Assembly (NCBI GenBank): GCA_900234795.1
Contig: LT962688.1
Coordinates: 1,140,001-1,172,000, forward strand
Direction: 5' to 3'
From: Methylorubrum extorquens
GTDB lineage: Bacteria > Pseudomonadota > Alphaproteobacteria > Rhizobiales > Beijerinckiaceae
DNA: 32,000 bases
The notes under the pieces are model-generated. The model made no database searches. It was not told the origin of the DNA and worked only from the letters and a program-made list of their open reading frames with translations. Shown here piece by piece: positions 1 to 7,232 of the stretch. A program made the position numbers and the translations under genes. Position 1 is the first letter of the stretch, and each line of letters begins with the position of its first letter.

Positions 1-276
1 AAGGGCGCGCTCAGCAACATGGTGCTCGGTCTCGCGCAGTTGCTCGCCGAAAAGGGCATCCGCGTGAACGGCGTGCTACCGGGCCCGATCTGGACCCCGT
101 TCATCCCCGCCGGGATGAGCGAGGATGCGGTGAAGACCTTCGGCAGCCAAGTGCCGTTCAACCGCCCCGGCCAGCCGGCGGAACTCGCCTCGGCCTACGT
201 GATGCTGGCGGCTGAAGAGAGCAGCTACACCTCCGGCGCCCTCATCACCGTCGCGGGCGGCATGCCGATTTTCTGA
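1..276 (+). CDS. SDR-family oxidoreductase, C-terminal fragment (5' end lies outside the window)
   Basis: Frame 1 is open from base 1 (KGALSN precedes the tracked ORF 19..276). The tail ...IRVNGVLPGPIWTPF...PAELASAYVMLAAEESSYTSGALITVAGG is the typical C-terminal third of a classical short-chain dehydrogenase. TGA at 274-276. Confidence 0.85.
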   Translation, partial: KGALSNMVLGLAQLLAEKGIRVNGVLPGPIWTPFIPAGMSEDAVKTFGSQVPFNRPGQPAELASAYVMLAAEESSYTSGALITVAGGMPIF

Positions 277-285
277 GTTCCCGTT

Positions 286-314
286 CCGCCGCCCGATCAG
301 AGGGCGGCGGATTT
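286..314. terminator. GC hairpin between convergent genes (possible bidirectional terminator)
   Basis: ccgccgccc (286-294) / gggcggcgg (302-310) form a perfect 9-bp stem with a 7-nt loop, followed by attt. It sits between the + gene ending at 276 and the - gene ending at 322. Confidence 0.5.
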
Positions 315-321
315 GAGCCGA

Positions 322-858
322 TCACGGCCCGGCCTCTCGGATCTGCCCGGCCAGAAACACGCCGGCTCGGCGCCACGCCTCGTCGGTATCGCCGCGGAAG
401 TTGAGGTCGCGGGTCAGTGCAGCGCGGCCGGTGCGGGCATCGGCCACCCGTGCGAAGAGCTGCAGGATCAGCGTGCTGCTCTTATGGACCACGCCGACGA
501 AGACGCGGCTCGCGCCGGCCTCCCGCGCCACCGCGAGGAGGCAGTCCGGCCGCTCGTCCGGGCAGCGGGCGCGGAGCGTCTCCGAAGTGATGAGTAGGGT
601 GCGATAGTCCCCGCCCGCATCGAGATCCTCCGCGAGGCCCCGCGCCATCGCCGCGAGTCGGCGGGCGTGCTCAGGCCCTTGATCGATCGGCTCGCCGGAG
701 GTGTCGAGGAGCTTGAGCGGCAGGATCGCCAGTATGGGCGGCAGCGGTTCAGCGCGCGGAGCCGATAGCAAGACCGCGAGGATGAGACCGGCCGCAGCGA
801 GCCGCACCCTCGGTTTGGCAGAATTCATTCCGGTCATGCTCACCCACCTCGGCGACAC
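322..858 (-). CDS. secreted/periplasmic hypothetical protein with N-terminal signal peptide (possibly DUF2380/DUF3280-like; family recalled from memory, unverified)
   Basis: 178-aa ORF with GC-rich third positions. The N-terminus KPRVRLAAAGLILAVLLSAPRAEP looks like a signal peptide. The start is ambiguous: ATG at 858, 837 or 828. Confidence 0.6.
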   Translation of the reverse strand: MSPRWVSMTGMNSAKPRVRLAAAGLILAVLLSAPRAEPLPPILAILPLKLLDTSGEPIDQGPEHARRLAAMARGLAEDLDAGGDYRTLLITSETLRARCPDERPDCLLAVAREAGASRVFVGVVHKSSTLILQLFARVADARTGRAALTRDLNFRGDTDEAWRRAGVFLAGQIREAGP

Positions 859-955
859 CGCACGCGGCGGCTCGGGCGGACGCTACGACGCTCGGCGCGC
901 GGACTCTTGCCATTCGGTGCCACCCAGCCGAGCCTGCGCCTCGGGAGGAGGGCGC

Positions 956-1993
956 ATGAACGGGCCCGGATTGACGCGGGCCTGCACGATGGGCCCGATC
1001 GTGGCAGCGGTGGAGGCGACGGGCGGTTCGGTCACACGGGTATTCCGGCGGGCCGAGATGCCGCTCAGCCTAATGGACGCGCCCGACCGCCTCATCCTGC
1101 TGCGCGATCAGTTTCGCCTCGTGGAAGAGGCGGTGCGCGAGAGCGGCGATCCGGCGCTGCCCGCGCGGCTCGCGATCGCCACCGGCATCGATGGTCTCGG
1201 TGCCATCGGCCGGCATGTGCGGGCCTGCGCGACCCTCGGCGAGGCGCTGGCGCGGGTCGAGGCGACCACACCGACACTCCTTCAGACCGCGACCTGGACC
1301 GGCCTGCGCCGAGAGGGCGAGAGCGCCGTCTACGGCTACGCCGTCACCGAGCGGATCGAGGCGGGGCGGCAGACCAACGCGATGCTGGCGCTCGGCTACC
1401 TGCTCGGCACCGTGCGCCAATTTCTCGGACCGCGCTGGCGGCCACGGCGGGCGGTGCTGACCGGTGCGGTCCTTCCCGATCGGGCCGAAATCGAACGGGT
1501 CTTCGATTGCGACCTGGGCCTCGGCCCGCGCGCCGGCCTGCATTTCGACGCCGCGCTTCTGGCCACGCCGAACCCGGCCCCCGGCCCGCTCCTCGAAGCG
1601 ACGCCCTCAGTGCCGCCCGATGGCCTGACGGCCTGCGTTGCCGGGCTGATCGAACTCGCGCTTCTCGACGGCCGTCCCGCGATCGACGGGGTCGCCCGCC
1701 GGCTGGGCCTGTCGCGACGCAGCCTGCAACGCCGGCTGGAGGCGGAGGGCACGGGCTTCGCACCGATCCTCCAGGGCGTCTTGCGGGCGCGGACCGAGGC
1801 GTTGCTGGCGGAGGGCACGACGCCCATCGGCCGGATCGCCCTCGATCTCGGCTACGCGGATGCGGCCCATTTCACCCGCGCCTTCCTCGGCTGGACCGGC
1901 GTAACCCCGAGCATGAGGCGGCGTCTGCACCGTAAAAGTCCAGGTTTCGAAAGGGCGAGTCCTTTCGCGGGTCCAGGGCGGAGCCCTGGTTGA
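956..1993 (+). CDS. AraC-family transcriptional regulator
   Basis: ATG at 956 is preceded by gggaggagg. The C-terminal AraC HTH is IDGVARRLGLSRRSLQRRLEAEG...IALDLGYADAAHFTRAFLGWTGVTPS. The last ~18 codons (KSPGFERASPFAGPGRSPG) are read out of the REP-like element at 1943-1989, so the tracked 701 start is an upstream shadow extension. Confidence 0.85.
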   Translation: MNGPGLTRACTMGPIVAAVEATGGSVTRVFRRAEMPLSLMDAPDRLILLRDQFRLVEEAVRESGDPALPARLAIATGIDGLGAIGRHVRACATLGEALARVEATTPTLLQTATWTGLRREGESAVYGYAVTERIEAGRQTNAMLALGYLLGTVRQFLGPRWRPRRAVLTGAVLPDRAEIERVFDCDLGLGPRAGLHFDAALLATPNPAPGPLLEATPSVPPDGLTACVAGLIELALLDGRPAIDGVARRLGLSRRSLQRRLEAEGTGFAPILQGVLRARTEALLAEGTTPIGRIALDLGYADAAHFTRAFLGWTGVTPSMRRRLHRKSPGFERASPFAGPGRSPG

Positions 1994-2045
1994 AGGGAGA
2001 TCGGGGCGCTGCCCCGATACCCCGCCAAAGGGATGATCCCTTTGG
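1941..2045. repeat. REP-like intergenic element: four consecutive short GC hairpins; its first half is repeated, inverted, at 30039-30085
   Basis: Hairpins: cgaaagg..cctttcg (1948-1967), ccaggg..ccctgg (1973-1989), cgggg..ccccg (2002-2016), ccaaaggga..tccctttgg (2025-2045). 1943-1989 matches the reverse complement of 30039-30085 at 43 of 47 positions (hand alignment). Confidence 0.6.
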
Positions 2046-2055
2046 GATCCCAGGC

Positions 2056-2832
2056 CTATCTGTAGGCGGACATCCAGCCGAGGCCGGCTTCGGTGCCGGA
2101 AGCGGGCAGGTATTCGCAGCCGATGAAGCCGTCGTAGCCGAGGCGGTCGAGGGTCGCGAACGCGGCGGAGACATCGATGCGGCCGGTGCCGGGCTCGTGG
2201 CGGCCGGGGGCGTCGGCGATCTGGACGTGGGCGATGCGGTCGCGGTGGGCAGCGAGTTCGGTGGCCAGATCCTCGCCCATCATCGCCATGTGATAGAGGT
2301 CGGCCTGGATGAAGAGGTTTTCGGAGCCGACCGCCTCGATCACGCGAGCGGCGTCGGCGAGGCGGTTCAGGAAGAAGCCCGGCATGTCGCGGTCGTTGAT
2401 CGGCTCGATCAGCAGGCGAAAGCCCGCGCGTTCCAGCGCGTCGGCGGCGTAGGCGAGGTTGTCGGTCAGCGTCGCGAGAAGGCGCGCCCGCTCGATGCCG
2501 GCCGGTATGAGCCCGGCAAGACAGTTGATCTGCCGGCATCCGAGCGCCCCGGCATAGTCGATCGCCCGCGCGACGCCCTCGCGAAATTCGGAGACACGGT
2601 CGGGCAGGATGGCGATGCCGCGCTCGCCCGCCGCCCAGTCGCCGGGCGGCAGGTTGTGCAGCACGAGCGGCAGGCCCGTCTCCGCGAGACTGCGCGCCAA
2701 CGCCTCTTTCGTCTCGGCATAGGGAAACTGCATCTCCACCGCCGCGAATCCGGCGGCGCGCGCCGCGGCGAACCGGTCGAGCAGCGGCCGTTCGTTGAAC
2801 AGCAGGCTCAGATTGGCAGCGAAGCGGGGCAT
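2056..2832 (-). CDS. hyi: hydroxypyruvate isomerase family protein (TIM-barrel; Hyi / 2-oxo-tetronate isomerase type)
   Basis: Translation from ATG 2832 begins MPRFAANLSLLFNERPLLDRF, the canonical Hyi N-terminus. It also has ...INCLAG...LLIEPIN...FIQADLYHM...HVQIAD...GCEY. The tracked start at 2862 adds 10 unlikely residues. Confidence 0.85.
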   Translation of the reverse strand: MPRFAANLSLLFNERPLLDRFAAARAAGFAAVEMQFPYAETKEALARSLAETGLPLVLHNLPPGDWAAGERGIAILPDRVSEFREGVARAIDYAGALGCRQINCLAGLIPAGIERARLLATLTDNLAYAADALERAGFRLLIEPINDRDMPGFFLNRLADAARVIEAVGSENLFIQADLYHMAMMGEDLATELAAHRDRIAHVQIADAPGRHEPGTGRIDVSAAFATLDRLGYDGFIGCEYLPASGTEAGLGWMSAYR

Positions 2833-2887
2833 ATCCGGGCCATCTGGTCGCGCAAAATGCATTCAAAAATGATGGGTTGTACCGACA

Positions 2888-3680
2888 TCACTCAATGTCG
2901 GCTGGGGCCGGCCCGCCGGAGATGGGCTGCGCGGCCTCGCGGTCGGCGGCGGCTTTCCGCTTGTTGCGCAGGTGGCGGAACAGGATGTCGCTGAGTTCCG
3001 CACCGGCCCGGCGGCGCAGGGCGTCGAGGATTTCCTCGTGCTCGCGCATCGCCTCGCCCCAGCGGTCGCGGTTGGCATCGAGATTGGCCGAGTAGCGCGC
3101 CCGCCGCAGGCGCCCGGCGAAGCCAGCATAAGTGGCGCTCAAGGGCCCGTTGCCGGCGGCCGCCACGATCCGGTCGTGGATCGCCTGATTGCAGGCGAAG
3201 TAACCGTGCAGGTCGCGCCGCAGATAGTGGCCGTACATCTCATGGTGGAGCCGCTCGATCTCGGCAAAGGCCTCGTCCGTGATGCGCTCGCAGGCAAGGC
3301 GGCCGGCTAGGGCCTCCAACCCGCCCATCACGTCGAAGAGTTCGACAATCTCCTGCTCGCCGATCCGGCGCACCCGCGCGCCGCGGTTCGGCAGCAGATC
3401 GATCAGTCCCTCCGAGGCCAGCACCTTCAGCGCCTCCCGCAGGGGGCGTGCGCGAGATGCCGAAGCGTTCGCACAGGAGCCGTTCGGGGACACGGGCGCC
3501 CGGCGCGAGATTGCCCTCGACGATGAATTCGCGCAGCCGCGCCAGCACCTCGTCGTGGAGGGAATGCACGAGGTTTTCCCGCGGCTTGGCCGGCAGTTCG
3601 GCCGGGAGCCGGGCGGGGAGGGGGATCGGGCCGTCCGCGCCCTCCGATTCGCGTTCGGCGAGTGTCATGGCGGAAGTCAT
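2888..3680 (-). pseudogene. GntR-family regulator with FCD (FadR C-terminal) domain, frameshifted as read
   Basis: The winged-helix part ...PERLLCERFGISRTP ends ORF 3240..3680. The continuation LREALKVLASEGLIDLLPNRGARV... plus the FCD domain lies in ORF 2888..3493, one frame over. The junction is the G5 run at 3442-3446 (C5 on the coding strand). With four bases it reads ...SRTPLREALKVL... continuously. Confidence 0.8.
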
Positions 3681-3831
3681 GGCCGATTGGTAGCAGCGGG
3701 CTCAACCGCCGTCGATGGGACGAATGTAGGCATGATAATTCTTGTCTCGGCCAAAAATGAATGCAAACCTACGGGATGAAACGACCGGGCCCGACGTGAA
3801 GTGCCCGGCATCCGGCCCAACGGGAGGGACC

Positions 3832-5008
3832 ATGACGCATCGCACCGGACGACACTTCCTGCACATTCCGGGCCCGAGCCCGGTGCCGGAGCGGGTGCTG
3901 CGCGCCATGGACCGGCAGGTGATCGACCATCGCGGGCCGGACTTCGGCGTGCTCGGCCGCGAGGTGCTGGAGGGTTGCCGCACGATCTTCCGCACCAAGG
4001 GACCGGTGGTGATCTATCCGGGCTCCGGCACGGGGGGCCTGGGAGGCGGCGATCGTCAACACGCTCTCGTCGGGCGACCGGGTGCTGATGTTCGAGACCG
4101 GCCACTTCGCAACCCTGTGGCGGCAGATGGCGGCGCGGTGGGGCATCGAGGTCGAGTTCGTGCCCGGCGACTGGCGCCACGGCGTCGATCCGGCCCTGGT
4201 CGAGGCGAAGCTCGCCGAAGATCGCAGCCATTCCTTCAAAGCCGTGATGGTGGTCCACAACGAGACTTCCACCGGCGTCACGAGTCGCATCCCCGCCATC
4301 CGCAAGGCGATCGACGCCACCGGCCACCCGGCACTGCTGCTGGTCGATACCATTTCCTCGCTCGGTTCGGTCGATGTCCGCCACGACGAGTGGGGCGTCG
4401 ACGTCACCGTCAGCGGCTCGCAGAAGGGCCTGATGCTGCCGCCGGGCCTCGGCTTCACCGCGATCTCGGACAAGGCGCGAGCGGCGGGCCGGTCCAACAA
4501 CCTTCCCCGCTCCTACTGGGACTGGGAGGAGATGCTGAAGCCCAACGCCAACGGCTACTTCCCCTACACGCCGGCCACCAACCTGCTCTACGGCCTGCGC
4601 GAGGCGGTCGCGATCCTGCTCGAAGAAGGGCTCGACAACGTCTTCGCCCGCCATCAGCGGCTGGCGGCCGCGACCCGCGCTGCGGTCGAGGCCTGGGGGC
4701 TCGAAGTGCTGTGCCAGAACCCGGACGAGCACTCGCCGGTGCTCACCGCGGTGATGATGCCGGACGGCAAGGGGGCGGACGCCTTCCGCGCGCTGGTGCT
4801 CGAGAAATTCGACATGTCGCTCGGCGCCGGGCTGTCGAAGCTCGCCGACAAGATCTTCCGCATCGGCCATCTCGGCGAGACCAACGACCTGACCCTGATG
4901 GGCGCCCTGTCCGGCGTCGAGATGGGCTTGGCGGCGGCCGGCGTGCCGCACCGGCCTGGTGGCGTGCTCGCCGCCATGGCGAGCCTGCGCTCCGGCCTCG
5001 ACGGCTGA
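3832..5008 (+). pseudogene. class-V PLP aminotransferase (serine-glyoxylate / alanine-glyoxylate type), frameshifted as read
   Basis: ATG 3832 follows gggaggga. The N-terminus MTHRTGRHFLHIPGPSPVPERVLRAM...VVIYPGSGTG is in one frame. The rest (...RVLMFETGHFA...SGSQKGLMLPPGLGF...) is in ORF 4082..5008, the +1 frame. The junction is the G6 run at 4032-4037. With G5 it reads GSGTGAWEAAIVNTLSSGDRVLMFETGHF. Confidence 0.85.
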
Positions 5009-5098
5009 TCTTTTTCCCGAACGCCCACGCCTCGGGCCAAGCCGCGCGTCAGATGCGGAGCCCGGGACGATTGCTCATAAAAACTGGAGGAAGCCCCG

Positions 5099-6400
5099 AT
5101 GATCACGATCCCACGCCGCGTGACGGCGCCGGGCATGGTGCTGTTCCTGCTCTGCCTGATGTACTTCATCACCTATGTCGACCGGGTCAACGTCGGCACC
5201 GCCGGCCCGGCGATCAAGGGTGAACTCGGCCTCAGCAACACCGAACTCGGCCTCATCTTCTCGGCCTTCGCCTACCCCTACGCGGTGTTCCAGATCATCG
5301 GCGGCGCGATGGCCGACAAGTGGGGTGCGCGGCGCACCCTGTTCATCTGCGGCCTGATCTGGGCGGCGGCGACGGTGGCGACCGGCTTCGTCGGCGGCGT
5401 GGTCTCGCTGTTCCTGGCCCGCTTCGCTCTCGGCTTCGGCGAGGGCGCCACCTTCCCCACCGCCACGCGGGCGATGCAGTCCTGGGTCGCCAAGGACCAG
5501 CGTGGCTTCGCGCAGGGCATCACCCACTCGTTCGCTCGCTTCGGCAACGCGATCACGCCGCCGCTCGTGGTGCTGATGATGGCCTATGTCGGCTGGCGCG
5601 GCGCCTTCGTCGTGCTCGGCATCGTCAGCTTCGCGTGGGTGCTGGTCTGGGTGTTCTACTACCGGGACGACCCGCGCGAGCATAAGGCCATCACGAACGA
5701 GGATCTGGAGCGGCTGGCGATCCGCGACCGGACGGCCAAGCCGGCCGCCAAACCCCCGGTGCCGTGGCGCCGGCTGATCCCGCGCATGGCCCCCGTGACG
5801 CTGACCTATTTCTGCTACGGCTGGTCGCTGTGGCTCTACCTCAACTGGCTGCCCTCCTTCTTCAAGGACGGCTACGGCCTCGACATCAAGAACTCGGCCC
5901 TGTTCGCTTCGGGCGTGTTCTTCGCGGGCGTGGTCGGCGACACGCTCGGCGGCGTGGTCTCCGACCGCATCCTGAAGAAGACCGGTGACCTGCAGAAGGC
6001 GCGCCGCAACGTGATCTGCCTCGGCATGCTGGGCGCCGCCGCCTGCCTCGCCGGCGTGTTCTTCACCAAGGACCTCACCCTGGTGGCCCTGCTGCTCAGC
6101 GGCGGCTTCTTCTTCCTCGAACTGGTGATCGGGCCGATCTGGTCGGTGCCGATGGACATCGCCCCGCAATATGCCGGCACCGCGAGCGGGCTGATGAATT
6201 TCGGCTCGGCCTTTGCCGCGATCGTCTCGCCGCTCACCTTCGGCCTGATCGTGGATCTCACCGGCAACTGGATCCTGCCGTTCGCCGGGTCGGTCGGCCT
6301 GCTGCTTCTGGGCGCGGGCCTCGCCTTCACCATGCACCCCGAGCGCCCGTTCGAGGATGAACCGGCGCCCCTGACACCGCGGGTGGTGCCAGCGGAGTAG
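5099..6400 (+). CDS. MFS transporter, anion:cation symporter (ACS)-like
   Basis: 433 aa with about 12 hydrophobic segments. Motifs: YFITYVDRVNVGTAGP, GGAMADKWGARR, RFALGFGEGATFP. Confidence 0.9.
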   Translation: MITIPRRVTAPGMVLFLLCLMYFITYVDRVNVGTAGPAIKGELGLSNTELGLIFSAFAYPYAVFQIIGGAMADKWGARRTLFICGLIWAAATVATGFVGGVVSLFLARFALGFGEGATFPTATRAMQSWVAKDQRGFAQGITHSFARFGNAITPPLVVLMMAYVGWRGAFVVLGIVSFAWVLVWVFYYRDDPREHKAITNEDLERLAIRDRTAKPAAKPPVPWRRLIPRMAPVTLTYFCYGWSLWLYLNWLPSFFKDGYGLDIKNSALFASGVFFAGVVGDTLGGVVSDRILKKTGDLQKARRNVICLGMLGAAACLAGVFFTKDLTLVALLLSGGFFFLELVIGPIWSVPMDIAPQYAGTASGLMNFGSAFAAIVSPLTFGLIVDLTGNWILPFAGSVGLLLLGAGLAFTMHPERPFEDEPAPLTPRVVPAE

Positions 6401-6407
6401 ATCCGTC

Positions 6408-6436
6408 CCGTCGCCGCGCTTTCCCCGCGGCGACGG
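6408..6436. terminator. hairpin between convergent genes (bidirectional terminator candidate)
   Basis: ccgtcgccgcg (6408-6418) / cgcggcgacgg (6426-6436) form a perfect 11-bp stem with a 7-nt loop. It lies 8 nt after the MFS stop and directly after the stop of the - gene at 6438. Confidence 0.55.
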
Positions 6437-6437
6437 T

Positions 6438-6887
6438 TCAGGGCAGGGGGAAGCGGCGCTGGAGGTCCGCCAGCATCTCGACCGCCTCGTTCGAGATGCC
6501 CGTCTCCCGCACCGCCTTGAGGCTGCGGTCCTCGAGTCCCGGCGCGGTCACCGGCTCGAACTGGCGGCGATGGGCCTGATCGAGGATATCGGCGATCCGG
6601 TCGCCAACTGCGAGAGCGATCGCGGTCGAATCAGGCCCCTCCGAGCGGTGCGCGTGCATGCGCTGGAGCGCGTCGGCAATCTGCCGCTCGAAGGCTTCGA
6701 ACAGGACCCCGGCCGCCTGCGGGCTCATCCGCATCAGGGCGCCCGCAGCGGCGCAGTACGTCTCCTTGAGCATGTACAGGGTCAGGCGGTCGATGGCCTG
6801 CTCGTCTTCGTCCGCCGGCTTCGCCATGCGCTCTCTGTCCCGTCTGCTCGGTTCCGAACCCATGGCCCTGCCGAGACGAAGGGACAA
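6438..6887 (-). CDS. hypothetical protein (no family recognised)
   Basis: 149-aa ORF with coding-like third-position GC and no transmembrane segment. The start is ambiguous (TTG 6887, ATG 6863, ATG 6827); none has a strong SD. Confidence 0.5.
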   Translation of the reverse strand: MSLRLGRAMGSEPSRRDRERMAKPADEDEQAIDRLTLYMLKETYCAAAGALMRMSPQAAGVLFEAFERQIADALQRMHAHRSEGPDSTAIALAVGDRIADILDQAHRRQFEPVTAPGLEDRSLKAVRETGISNEAVEMLADLQRRFPLP

Positions 6888-7232
6888 GGGACCGGTCCCC
6901 CCTTTTTTAAAGGATCAGGCACCGGACCTGCCAAGCCCCGAAACCGGCCGGAAGCGCGCGGGGCCGCCCTCGAATTGACGGATCGTCACCGGCGGCTTGG
7001 CCCGGCTCACCCCGTTCAGCGCCGTGGTGGTGTCGGTGGGGAGAGGGCGTTCGGCGGCGTCGCAACCGCTCCGTCGAGCCGGTGCGGGCGTCCCCGCCGT
7101 CCACGCGGGACGGCGGGGGGTGTCGTTCGCACGACCGAGCCGATACGCAACGTGGCTCCCCCTTAGAATGACCGCGACCGGTTAGCCGACGGTCAATGCC
7201 GGAAACCGGCGACGTGCCGGAACGGGACCGTC

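Noticed and set aside
701-955. N-terminal extensions suggested by the ORF track (AraC ORF from 701; potC-like ORF from 13454; metG ORF from 17180; MBL ORF from 19628; SDR ORF from 26705; DMT ORF to 24631)
   Set aside because: The extensions overlap the preceding gene or translate to low-complexity sequence. Internal starts with SD sequences or ATGA/GTGA coupling give family-typical N-termini.
3677-6337. Long antisense ORFs 3677..4951 (-) and 5075..6337 (-) opposite the aminotransferase and the MFS transporter
   Set aside because: They are codon-aligned antisense shadows of genes with clear family signatures. Their composition is extremely rich in R, G, A, D and H, with no motifs.
6888-6908. 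gggaccggtccc palindrome followed by T6 on the + strand, resembling an intrinsic terminator
   Set aside because: No + strand gene ends here, since both neighbours are on the - strand. The palindrome leaves no loop, so only about 4 bp of effective stem remain. It overlaps the possible TTG start region of the 6438..6887 gene. An antisense sRNA terminator is pure speculation.
7092-7118. Perfect 11-bp GC hairpin (ccccgccgtcc-acgcg-ggacggcgggg) about 115 nt downstream of the DUF2339 stop
   Set aside because: There is no U-tract on either strand, so it is not a canonical intrinsic terminator. I could not fit any riboswitch or known ncRNA consensus to the 6888-7232 spacer.
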